From Octopus sinensis (Eukaryota): 64,000 nt of DNA. Of this stretch, positions 38,511 through 50,269 are shown in pieces. Numbering within the stretch: the first letter of the stretch is position 1; every line of letters begins with the position of its first letter. Under the pieces are notes generated by a model that ran no database searches, was not told the origin of the DNA, and saw only the letters and a list, made by a program, of their open reading frames with translations. A program made the position numbers and the translations under genes. The stretch lies in assembly GCF_006345805.1 (NCBI RefSeq), contig NC_043005.1:21328001-21392000 (forward strand). Direction: 5' to 3'.

Positions 38511-39484
38511 GATTTACAGTCATAGTGAAATATCATGAGAGAAGGTAACAATATTGCGTAATAACTATGTCTTTCTCAAGAGCATTAAATGTTTACATAA
38601 AATGAACTGACTTAGGCTGAGAATCAAACCCAGATCATTGACTCACTCCACTCAATCTATATTTATACTAAAAGATCAACTAAGGAAAAGAGTCACTTCT
38701 TGAATGGAAAACAAATAGTAAGGTGGCTACTTGTTGAATGAAGATATTCTGATTAATAAAATTTTCACTCTCATTGAATGTTAAAATTAGCTTCCTTCTG
38801 TTCATGAAGTTCAAAAGCAACAACCTTGTAAAGATAATCTTCATCTTACTAAAAGTGTAATTTTGATGAATTAAAATCTCTTAGTTTGTTGCATTAAATT
38901 GTGAGTGCCCATATGTATACTATTTATTTATATTTATTTACTACAAATGTTAAAAGTGAAATTATTTTTGTTTACAAGAGCAAAAGATTGGGAAATGAAT
39001 AAAGTCATGGGTCTCAATGTGACAAGCCATACTTAGTCTCATCCTTTTAGATGTACTTCACCTTTCATATTCTGAGGTTGATAAAACAAGCTCTATTCAA
39101 GTACTGCAATTGATTTATCTTCCTGTATCCTCATTGCAGAACATGTGGCCTCGTGTTTATGTTAGGAACTGTTATCAATAATACTGATAACATCAACATT
39201 ATTTATAAATATTTTTGTTGTTAAAGGTGGTGTACTGACAGAATCATTTGAACATCAGATAAAAAATATGCTGTGGTATTTTTTCTGGCTTTGAATTTAA
39301 ATCCTGCTGATATTAACTTTGCCATTCCTGGGCTAATAAAATAAAAAAAAAAAAAAAACAGTCAAGTGTAGAGAGGCATTTTAATTGTCCAGTTCTGATC
39401 TCAGATATTTTACCTACTTTCTATATTAGAAATTGTTGTTGTTATTGATATAGTTCATCGGTCTAAATTTTACTTTAACTCTAG

Positions 39485-39724
39485 ATCCTCAGATCCATTT
39501 TGCGAAAGTAAGTGGTGCAGCTCTGGATGTACCTGGGAAAATATTGTGGTATAAGAAAAATGTAACAGCAGAAGCCTGTGCAGAAAAGTGTTTGTCTGAA
39601 GAAACTTGTTCATCATTTGAAATAACTAAAGAAGGTGGGAAATGTTACTTATCAAAGGGAAGTGCAGCTGCCTCTACGAAAATAAAATCAGCCAAAGACA
39701 GAGATTACTACCAACAAGTAAAAC
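39485..39724 (+). CDS. Exon A9: PAN/apple-like module, class A
   Basis: tctAG|..C|GTaatt, 240 nt. PQIHFAKVSGAALDVPGKILWYKKNVTAEACAEKCLSEETCSSFEITKEGGKCYLSKGSAAASTKIKSAKDRDYYQQVK. Confidence 0.9.
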
Positions 39725-42700
39725 GTAATTATTTTTTGTGTTTTATTATTGGATTTACTTTCCAGCATTCACTAATATCCAATTTCATTTATAGTTCATA
39801 GTATATGCACAATGACTTCTGTAAAGACGGACATAAATATCTTCCTGAAAAACAAAATTTATATCAAGAATAGTAAATACTTTAGGACATTCTTATACAG
39901 AATTTGTTTAACTTAAACATTCTTATGCATGCTTTTAATCATATTTTTATGTAAAAACACAATGTTTTTCTTAAACCTGAGTGGTGGTGGTGGTGGTGGT
40001 GGTGGCAGTGCTGTCAGCAGTAGTGGTAGCAGCAGCAGCAGCAGTAGTAGTAGTGACAGCAACAACAGCTTTTTCTTCATTTTTCTATATTAGCATAGCT
40101 TAGGCAGTGCTGTTACAGCACACTATCACACCACTATTGCTCTCCTACATAATCCAACATGCAAAAGAACAGTAAAAGTAATGCCGATCTATGTAGCCAT
40201 GTAAGATACCCTTCAAAACACCAAATGTCTGATGGAGTGTACATTTTCCCATGAAACTAGAATTATAGAAATTGTCTACTGGGACTAACAATTCCTCTCT
40301 ACCTAAAGTAAGTTCCTCTTCAGAATAGTTCCAGAGTATCAAGAACTAAACAGCCAGCAAATTCACTCATATTTATTTCAAGATTTTATCTTTTTCTGTT
40401 GAAATCCTTCCTTCTTGAAATCTTAAACTAGGTTTAGTGATCTCAGTATTAGAATACTCATGAATGTGAGAATATAATTGCTATCATGATGAATCTTTCT
40501 GACTCAAAGAGAAAGGTGAGCCATTTCTCAGTATATCTACAACAAAATTTAATTGGGATAAAGTTGTAGACTTCACTGCATTGCTTATCTTGGACACCCC
40601 AAGAAGTTTAATTATATTCATATATCAAATTTATACAGAGAAAATAGCCTAGCAATTTCAATAATATGAATTGCCATGCCATGAATAGATTTAGGAAGTA
40701 ATTTACATGAATTTTCTAGTTGAGATTTAAATATAACAATCACCATCAATCTAACTACATGATTTGTATATAATGAGTTTTCCTTTTTACAAAATTAAAC
40801 ATCACATGCTTTACAATATCATTCAACTATGGTAGTAGTTGAATAATATTCTTAAGGCCACAATTTATTTACATGCAGCATCTTCAGAGCTTTGTCTCTA
40901 ATTTAGTTCTTAACCAAATTGAAAACTGTTAACATTTTTGAAGCTACATGTTGGCATAAAAAAATTGAGATGTGGTCTAGTAAAAAAAATCTTGCATCAA
41001 AATTTGTAGCAACATTATAGGAGAGTAAGTACCACCTCCAATCAAGTTTAGATCTAAATACCTTTTTTTTATTTTAAAAGCACAATATATTTATCAATAT
41101 ATTCAATGATAGAAGAAAGCAAGAAGAATAGTTTTGTTCCAATGCAACAAAAATTTGTATCAAAAAAGTTGTGAAGTAAAATATCATGAAAAAAATTATA
41201 AGTAAGGTGAAAAATTGGATTTAAGTATAATTAACCTCTTTTAATTTTAAAAACAAACTATATTTTAACTAAGCTTAAATGATAGAGCTCAATTTGAGAA
41301 ATTTCATGGTATCAATCTCATGCAAGGAAGTACAATCTACATGAGTAGATTGTTTCCAAAATATTTAGAGAAATTTTTTTTGTTGAGAAAAGATGTATAA
41401 ATGTAAACATTCGTATGAGATGTTGGCCCATTTAATGTCAGAATAATTTTTTACAGAATGCTGGATGGTATAATACTTACTTTTTCTGTATAAATTTACC
41501 AAAACCATAAAATGGTTAACTACTTTTTGAAGTTTCATGTTCATACTGGTAATCATGGTCCAGGCCATATTGCTTGAAGTTTCTACCTATCGCAATGGGG
41601 CCCAGCAGTTTCCTTAAATAGATCAGTTTTTCTGCTTAAGAAATCTAGCTTGTGTTTGCTTCCAGGATACTATTGCTCACTCTCTCTGTGTTAGGACAAT
41701 GAAATTCATGACTGCCAACATCGCCGAAGACAACATCATAATTCATCCTTGCAAATGTGAACTCACTAAGTGTATATTATTTATTGTTCCTACAGAAACC
41801 TTCATTTACCTTATACGATGTTTAATATCATTTCACATTCATGTTGAATTATGCAGCAATCTTATGTTCTCTTCATAGAACATTGAATGTATGTATTACC
41901 AGTTCTTTTGGTATAGTAGATTTATGCTATTCTTGTCTATGTCTCCTCACAGACATGTATATTCTAACAAGTCACTTCTTAAATTTCACACCTTTCTTGT
42001 TCAATAAACACTGAGTTAAACTTACAAGGTTACTTATCTTCTTCTTTCAATTTTTTAATGTTTATTTTAGTGGGTTACCAAACTATCAGTTTGGTTTCCC
42101 AGCTAAAACAGTAATGACAAATTTTTAAGTGTGAAAGGGATTAAAATTTTAATACTCTGTATCAAATGTTCCAACAAGAATAGACAGATAATCAGAGTTT
42201 GAGACAAGAAGACACTTACAACCAAGCAGAATTCTGTTTACATAATCAGTTTGATCAGTTGCCTTCCACTGTCGGTTGAGTGAAGTGTCATCCATGCTGA
42301 TGTACTTAAACTTGGTACTTAAACTTATTCTGCAATGCTTGTGTGTATTTATCAGCTTTGTTTGTATTGATATGAATTATCAAAAACTTTTCCTGTGATC
42401 GTGATTTGAGAAGACATACAGAAGTGTGCAAAAGATCAGGCATAATCTCTTGTGGGCAAGAAATGTAAAGTAAAGTTTATTATAAACAACATAAACATTT
42501 TGTGATTTAATAGCTTTCAATTTGATACCTGTTAAACAGAAATTATTTTTATTTAATGAACATTCAATAAAATCTAATCACATGTGAGTGAAATTATGTT
42601 AAATACAACTAAATTGAAAACCTTTTTTCCCTGGCTAGATCGGCAATTCTGAAAACTTTTGGGTGCAAATTTTGCACAAGTAGAAGCTTTTTTTAACAAT

Positions 42701-42960
42701 TTTTATCCTGAAAATCACCTGCACAAATTACATGGGTATTTATGGTAATAATTAAAAAAAATAATATTTTTAAAGAGCAAAAATATTTTAATTTAGTTAT
42801 TATTAATTTTCAATAGAAGTAACAAGTAATAACAAATAGAATAACTTGTAATAAATTTTTTAGTTTTAATAAGCTAATATTTTCTAAATCTAAATATTTT
42901 ATTTGAAATTTTATCCTTAGCTGCAATACTTTAAGAAAAAATTTCTTGTTCTGTACTAGA

Positions 42961-43076
42961 TGTAATTACTTGTCCTGAACTTTTCCAAGTGTAATAATTT
43001 GTCCTGAACTTTTCCAAGTGTAATAATTTGTACTGAACTTTTCCAAGTGTAATAACTTGTCCTGTACTTTTCCAGG
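42961..43076. repeat. 4 x 29-bp minisatellite
   Basis: Unit tgtaataatttgtcctgaacttttccaag, starting at 42961, 42990, 43019 and 43048. Confidence 0.95.
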
Positions 43077-43211
43077 TTGATAGTCTTAAGAATATTATTT
43101 CTCTTGCTCGCATTTTTCCATGTAATTTAACATGGTACATATGATGTGTGTTTGTGATTGGATGGTTGGTTGAATATAACATATGCTTCTTGTTTTTTAC
43201 TTCTTTTCCAG

Positions 43212-43445
43212 CCTATGTTAAGCCTGTGATGCTGAAAAAAGTTAGTCTACCAGAAGAGGATACTGTAAAACAGTTTACAAATATGGATTTAAATGAGTGT
43301 AATAAGGCTTGTTCTCGATATGCAGGATGTAATTCTTACCAGTACAATCAGAAAGATAAAATTTGTGGGCTCAATAAAGTGACTCAGTTGACTGAGAAAC
43401 TTAAACCCAACAAAGGAAATAAGGATGCTTACTTCCTTACTCCAG
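43212..43445 (+). CDS. Exon B10: PAN/apple-like module, class B
   Basis: tccAG|..G|GTcagt, 234 nt. YVKPVMLKKVSLPEEDTVKQFTNMDLNECNKACSRYAGCNSYQYNQKDKICGLNKVTQLTEKLKPNKGNKDAYFLTP. Confidence 0.88.
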
Positions 43446-43599
43446 GTCAGTAAAGTGTTTCCATCTTATTATATGCATTTATACATACAAACATTCATGC
43501 AAATTCTGCACATTTATACATACAAACATACACATATACTATATAATTGCAAGTGTATGTGGTTATATATATGCGTTTAGTCCACAGACAATGTCATTC

Positions 43600-43646
<47 letters not shown>

Positions 43647-44208
43647 GGTGTAATTTTCTGTGAGAAATAACTCAACTTTTAGGTCAACAACTTACCCACT
43701 CTATATATAACCATCCAATTATCTTTCTCTCTATATTTACCATACTCTTTGACACTCATTCTCTTGTGTATGTATTAACTCTTACACATAACTTACATTT
43801 TGTTTAAAACCTCTTCTAATGCTTACTTCCATTTTATCGCAGCTATCCTGTACAAAACTCCTTTCTGATTGGGTAAAAATTATCAAAATTCCACCTATTC
43901 CTGACTAACTTGATATTTTTCCAGCCTTATCATTTAAGGTCTAAGGGGGATAGCTCTTTCATCTTTTTACTTTTTATTTTTTACTCTTTAGTTTTAAGTG
44001 TTTTTGTTTTCCATTTTTTTTACTCCCTGCGTTTTCTATATGCTGCTTTCTCAGTTTTTAGTTTTTGGCTTTCTATTATTCAATGATTTTTAGTTCATTA
44101 TGATATGTGGTTTGAACCTGCAGAATATGTTTGAGTATTTTTCAACCAGATGAAGTACTTTTTTTGCTGAATTCTCTATCATGGAACAGAACGTTGTATA
44201 TATATATA

Positions 44209-44621
44209 TACTCTTTTACTCTTTTACTTGTTTCAGTCATTTGACTGTGGCCATGCTGGAGCACCGCCTTTAGTCGAGCAAATCGACCCCGGAACTTATT
44301 CTTTGTAAGCCCAGTACTTATTCTATCGGTCTCTTTTGCCGAACCGCTAAGTGACGGGGACGTAAACACACCAGCATCGGTTGTCAAGCAATGCTAGGGG
44401 GACAAACACAGACACACAAACATATACACACACACTTATATATATATATACATATATACGACAGGCTTCTTTCAGTTTCCGTCTACCAAATCCACTCACA
44501 AGGCATTGGTCGGCCCGGGGCTATAGCAGAAGACACTTGCCCAAGATGCCACGCAGTGGGACTGAACCCAGAACCATGTGGTTGGTTAGCAAGCTACTTA
44601 CCACACAGCCACTCCTGCGCC
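44209..44621 (-). mobile_element. Young tRNA-derived octopus-type SINE, full length
   Basis: Head ggcgcaggagtggctgtgtgg (A box) ..ggttcagtccc (B box); internal (TA)/(TG) tract; tail ..gactgaaacaagtaaaagagtaaaagagta; CpGs largely intact. Confidence 0.85.
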
Positions 44622-44638
44622 TATATACATATATATAC

Positions 44639-44708
<70 letters not shown>

Positions 44709-44872
44709 CACACATGCATATATGAGAGGTATTGACATCTAGAAGACCCAAAGAATGGCAGGTAATGCTTAGTAAGTGCTATGGACCGGCTGTAGTTAAA
44801 CTCTTGGTTTGATAATGATACGAGTGAGGAGTCTAATGTAGATCTTTATTAGCATGCATGTATATATATATA

Positions 44873-45682
44873 TAATCAAACCAAATCAAAATAGATGAAC
44901 ATCAATGTAATTTGTATCTTTGTGGTACCAGTGCCGGTGGCACATAAGAAAACCATCCGAACGTGGCCGTAGCCAGTACTGCATCGACTGGCCTCCGTGC
45001 TGTGGGCATGTAACAAACACCATCCGATCATGGCCGTTCACCAGCCTCGTCTGGCACCTGTGTCGGTGGCACATAAAATCACCCACTACACTCTCGGAGT
45101 GGTTGGCATTAGGAAGGGCATCCAGCTGTAGAAACACTGCCAGATCTGACTGGCCTGGTGCAGCCTTCGGGCTCCCCGGACCCCAGTTGAACCGTCCAAC
45201 CCATGCTAGCATGGAAAGCGGACGTTAAACGATGATGATGATGATATGTGTGTGTGTATGTATATATATATAATCAAACCAAATCAAAATAGATGAACAT
45301 CAATGTAATTTGTATCTTTGTGGTACCAGTGCCGGTGGCACATAAGAAAACCATCCGAACGTGGCCGTAGCCAGTACTGCATCGACTGGCCTCCGTGCTG
45401 TGGGCATGTAACAAACACCATCCGATCATGGCCGTTCACCAGCCTCGTCTGGCACCTGTCGGTGGCACATAAAATCACCCACTACACTCTCGGAGTGGTT
45501 GGCATTAGGAAGGGCATCCAGCTGTAGAAACACTGCCAGATCTGACTGGCCTGGTGCAGCCTTCGGGCTCCCCGGACCCCAGTTGAACCGTCCAACCCAT
45601 GCTAGCATGGAAAGCGGACGTTAAACGATGATGATGATGATGATGATGATGATATGTGTGTGTGTATGTATATATATATATA
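44873..45682 (+). repeat. Near-identical tandem duplication (period 398 bp) of an RTE 3' tail and its flank
   Basis: Copies start at 44873 and 45271 and differ by a 2-bp indel (cctgtgtcgg/cctgtcgg) and in (GAT)n length. Confidence 0.93.
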
Positions 45683-45690
45683 AAATATCA

Positions 45691-46125
45691 TGTACATTAA
45701 AACACATTAAGAGGCATCCATCATAGGAAAGCCTTGCGCTAGAAAGAGCAGTAAACAACTCAAACAACTATATATACATACATACATATATATATATTTG
45801 AGTAGTTGAATGAATTATCTTATTAAGGATAATTCGAAAGATAACCGATACCTGGGTAGCAAATTCACATCAGATTATCGCCATGGGCTCCTTGAGAGCG
45901 GTCAGCTAAAAGTTTTTGTGCATTTTGATGTCAACATAAGTTCCTTGATTTTCCTGATGAGAAATCTGCATAATGTACTCCTTATTCCTTCGGTAATAGG
46001 AATATGCAGCCTTCGAAACATATGTCGAGAATAAAGGATATTTGTTAACTAGTCGTTCAACTCCATTCTTTCATATACTTATAATTTTAAAATATACATA
46101 TATATGATGATGATGATGATGATGA

Positions 46126-46177
<52 letters not shown>

Positions 46178-46189
46178 ATATAATATATG

Positions 46190-46223
<34 letters not shown>

Positions 46224-46238
46224 GATATATATATATAT

Positions 46239-46281
<43 letters not shown>

Positions 46282-46670
46282 TTATATAATATATGTATAT
46301 ATATATATATATATATGCATATAACGTATTTATGCGTCTGTGCGTGTACATGCGTATGTAAATCTGTATGTTTATGTGTGTGTACATAATGTGTGTTGGT
46401 GCATATGAGCAAAAGTGAGCCTAGGAAAATAACTCTCAATGTTGACCAAAGAGAAATACTGTTACAGCAAATACATAAATGCTCTATTTATTACAGTTAC
46501 CACCATGTCTAGATGTGGCATAATTACAAACTGGAAATTAACATCAACTCCAAATGAGATATTCAGATCAGCCGGAAAAATAGAAATGAACCTAGAACGT
46601 TATGAAACGTTACTCTTTCTAGCGCAAGGCTTTCCTATGATGGATGCCTCTTAATGTGTTTTAATGTACA
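45691..46670. mobile_element. Non-autonomous DNA transposon / MITE-like element with a perfect 58-bp inverted repeat
   Basis: 45691-45748 (tgtacattaaaacacattaagaggcatccatcataggaaagccttgcgctagaaagag) is the exact reverse complement of 46613-46670. Confidence 0.75.
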
Positions 46671-46777
46671 CAGTATTTTATATGAATAATATATAGTCTA
46701 TTGACTAATTTTTTTGTGCTAGGCCACTGGTAATAAAAAATTCCTATAATTCTTATTACCCTAATATTACTTATGTA

Positions 46778-46827
<50 letters not shown>

Positions 46828-46879
46828 TATTAGATAGAATGGAATAACAAAGCCATTTGTCTAATATATATATATACAA

Positions 46880-47210
46880 ACATCACTCTGATTGTCCATC
46901 TGTTGTCCTTCAGTTGTGCGATATGAACAATCTAGCTTTATTTGTTCTCCTTCGGCAATGAATGACCATAGGATTGCACCTAGAAAGTTATCCACCAAGG
47001 CACAAGTCTGGGCAAAGTTGTTTATGGAACATCAGCAGTCACCCATGTGTACCAGCCTCCCCTCTCCACACCACTGATGTCATCCAAGAGAAAAGCAAAG
47101 GTCAATACACTAGTGATGTCACAATTCTTTTTCACAGCTGAGTCAACTGGAGTAATATGAAGTAAAGTGTCTTATTTAAGACAGTTCAGGAATCAAACTC
47201 ATTACCTCAT
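46880..47210 (-). mobile_element. SINE copy of another family, degenerate
   Basis: caatgaatgaccataggattgcacctagaaag..ccctctccacaccactgatgt..cagctgagtcaactggag..gaagtaaagtgtctt; overall SINE-like layout. Confidence 0.5.
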
Positions 47211-47237
47211 GATTGTATGTATATGGCAAGTGGGGGT

Positions 47238-47450
47238 GGGGTGCTGAAAAGTTCCTGGCTTTAGGTAGAAGAAATTACAGAAGGATCAATTAATTATGAT
47301 TTTATTGAGCATATTCCCCTCTCAGAGTCACACACTTATTGCAGTGGTCCTTTAGTTTTTCTAAGCTTCTGTAAAACAAATCAGAAGGTTGGGCCTCCAG
47401 CCAGGCCTTTCATGATATCCTTAAAGCCAGGAATTTTTCAACTCCTCCTA
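47238..47450. mobile_element. Mariner-derived MITE
   Basis: Imperfect TIRs ggggtgctgaaaagttcctggcttta and taaagccaggaatttttcaactcctcc around about 160 bp. Confidence 0.75.
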
Positions 47451-47451
47451 G

Positions 47452-47485
<34 letters not shown>

Positions 47486-47486
47486 A

Positions 47487-47527
<41 letters not shown>

Positions 47528-47668
47528 GAAATGGCAGCAAGCTGGCAGAAACATTAGCACACTGCTCAGCGGTATTTCGTCGGCCTTTATGTTCTGATTT
47601 CAATTTCCACTGAGGTTGACTTAGCCTTTCATCCTTTCAGGGTTGATTAAATTAGTACCAATTATGCA

Positions 47669-48092
47669 GGTGCAGGAGTGGCTGTGTGGTAAGTAGCTTG
47701 CTTACCAAACACATGGTTCCGGGTTCAGTCCCACTGTGTGGAACCTTGGGCAAGTGTCTTCTAATATAGCCTCGGGCCGACCAAAGCCTTGTGAGTGGAT
47801 TTGGTAGACGGAAACTGAAAGAAGCCCATCGTATATATGTATATATATATATATATAAATGTGTGTGTGCGTGTATGTTTGTGTGTCTGTGTTTGTCCCC
47901 CTAGCATTGCTTGACAACCGATGCTGGTGTGTTTATGTCCCCATCACTTAGCGGTTTGGCAAAAAGAGACCAATAGAATAAGTACTGGGCTTACAAAGAA
48001 TAAGTCCCGGGGTCGAGTTGCTCGATTAAAGGCGATGCTCCAGCATAGCCACAGTCAAATGACTGAAACAAGTAAAAGAGAGAGTAAAAGAG
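47669..48092 (+). mobile_element. Young tRNA-derived octopus-type SINE, full length (same family as 44209-44621, opposite orientation)
   Basis: ggtgcaggagtggctgtgtggtaagtagcttgcttacc..ggttcagtccc..gactgaaacaagtaaaagagagagtaaaagagta. Confidence 0.85.
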
Positions 48093-48299
48093 TATGCACT
48101 GAGGTTGATGTAATCAACTTAATCCCTTTGTCTGTCCTTGTTTGTCCCCTTTGTATTTAGCCCTGTGGGCAATAAAGAAATATATGTATTTGTGTGTGTG
48201 TATGTATATGTATGTGTGTGTATACATATGTGTGTGTGTGTATGTATCTGTACGTATGTATATGCGTGTATATATATGTGTGTGTGTGTGTGTATATAT

Positions 48300-48589
48300 A
48301 TTGTTTGTTGTTTGTTCCTTCTCAAGCCATGCCTGGCTCATAGGGCCGGTTTCCCAGTTTCCTTGGCGTATAGGTTCCCCACCTGGACTGGATGCCGGTC
48401 CATCATGGGTGAGCTGCAAGATACAGGAGGAAGGAGTGAGAGAAAGCTGTGGCGAAAGAGTCAGCAGAAGTTTGCCATTACCTTCTGCCGGAGTAGCGTA
48501 GAGCTTAGGTGTTTCGCTCATAAACACACACATCACCCAGTCTGAGATTCGAACCCACAATCCCTCTAACCACCAGGCCATGTGCCTCC
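48300..48589 (-). mobile_element. tRNA-derived SINE with a V-domain-like core
   Basis: Reverse complement: head ggaggcacatggcctggtggttag..ggttcgaatc; core gatggaccggcatccagtccaggtggg; tail ggaaaccggccctatgagcc..(aac)n. The domain assignment is from memory of SINE cores. Confidence 0.6.
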
Positions 48590-48594
48590 ACATG

Positions 48595-48618
48595 TGTATG
48601 TATATATGTTTGTGTATG

Positions 48619-48685
<67 letters not shown>

Positions 48686-48733
48686 TATGTATGTATATAT
48701 ATATATGTATGTATGTATATATATATATATATG

Positions 48734-48818
<85 letters not shown>

Positions 48819-48840
48819 ACATTTATATACATATATATAT
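48595..48840. repeat. Long compound (TA)n/(TATG)n microsatellite
   Basis: Read directly. Similar tracts at 7583-7638, 44620-44710, 46100-46330 and 46780-46820. Confidence 0.95.
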
Positions 48841-49052
48841 TTAGATATGATATAATTACATATTATATTTTATACTTTATATTTTATATTTCTATTTCCT
48901 TGTCTATTTATATTTACTATATATTTTGTATAATGCCTTTACTGATATGTAATGGTGTAATAAAGTATTGATTGGGTATCATCTGTTAGTTGATGTTTTA
49001 TTGATTTAAGTATGTGTCTCCATTTTCTAATTTTGTAGTATTATATTTATAT

Positions 49053-49437
49053 ACTAGCAGTATCGCCCGGCGTTGCTCGGGTTTGTAAGGGAAATAACTA
49101 TAAAGCATTTTTAGAGAGTTATAGCCAAAAAATAGAAAAAAAATGGAAAAAAAATTATGGTAAATTTTTTTGAGAGTTAAAAAGGTCGAGTTGCGTCCCC
49201 TAGACAGTCTGTGGTTTGTGTTTCTGATTCTCGACCCCATGTCGAATTTATCGATTTTTTTCAGAACTGGGGGAACTTTTGAAAATTTTGTCTGCGTTAG
49301 TTTTGAATTATGACATTGGGCTATGTGTGTGTCAAGTTTCATCAGATTCGGTTGCAGGCCGTGGTCAGGGTGAGGGTACAACCTGACAGACACACAGACA
49401 CGCACACAGACAAACTGCCGTTTATATATAGAGAGAT
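49053..49437 (+). mobile_element. Young non-autonomous Helitron-like element
   Basis: Starts actagcagtatcgcccggcgttgctcggg, has an internal (gaca/caca) tract and ends ctgccgtttatatatagagagat. CpG-rich against the background. Confidence 0.65.
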
Positions 49438-49996
49438 ATATATTTTTTACATTCTAACCATTTTAGTGTTGTCTATTTTATTTTTTTCTGTCATTCTCTC
49501 TTCATTACAATCCTGTCTTCTCTCCTTTTATTTTCATTCCATCACTATTTCAATGGTTTTTCCTTTTTCTAATTTCTCTCTGCTATTTGCTCTCTGTCCA
49601 CTTCACTTTCAACATACTTATAAAATGTCTTACCATCTATAAACTTCAGCCATTTGATCTCCACAGCATCCTCTACATTTGCTCTCTGCTCCTATATCAT
49701 TACATTTATTACTATGAAGAATGCTAGTAATCAGTTATATTGAAGTAGACTAGATGATGATAACCTATGTTTAGCTCTAAACTCAACAGTAGCAGTCGTA
49801 CATTTAAGTATACATGCAGGATATATTGTGTGTGTGTGTGTGTGGTGTGTGTGTGTGTGTGTGTGTATACATGTGTGCAAATGTCTTCAATTTGTTTCAG
49901 TCAACATCTTTTATTTTGAATGTGATTATCTCCTCATTCTCAATTTCCTCTTGTTGTGTACTCAAAATTAATATAAATTCTTCTTTACACTTTCAG

Positions 49997-50167
49997 CTTT
50001 TAAAAATATTAACTGTGGACGACCAAAAAGAATTGCTAATGCATTAAAAGCCTTCAAAACCACCACCTATAATTCGGAAGTGACCTACACTTGCCCAGGG
50101 GGAAAGGAACTTAAGGCAACATGTAAAGAAGACAATCAATGGGTTCCAACAGTGTCTTCCTGTAAAG
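49997..50167 (+). CDS. Exon S11: compact sushi/CCP-like module (absent from the supplied ORF track)
   Basis: ttcAG|..G|GTaata, 171 nt. Translated by hand: FKNINCGRPKRIANALKAFKTTTYNSEVTYTCPGGKELKATCKEDNQWVPTVSSCK. Confidence 0.9.
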
Positions 50168-50269
50168 GTAATATAAATAGATTCTCTCTTTTTTTACTCT
50201 CTGCCTAGGTAATTTTGTTTTATTTTTAGGGATTGATCAAAGAGACAAGACCCAATTGTCAGACATTTC

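Noticed and set aside
41480-42480. Possible decayed DNA-transposon coding remnant in intron A9-B10
   Set aside because: Composition looks formerly coding, but I could not recover a diagnostic motif in any frame.
47669-47750. tRNA genes at A-box/B-box motifs (also 44540-44621, 48530-48589)
   Set aside because: They are SINE heads continuing into SINE bodies and tails, with no complete cloverleaf.
46071-48971. Many ORF-track entries rich in YI, HT, CV or poly-His (also 888-1253, 5590-6177, 7473-7700, 34729-35103, 44381-44751)
   Set aside because: They are translations of (TA)n, (CA)n, (TG)n and (CAT)n microsatellites, with no splice or domain support.
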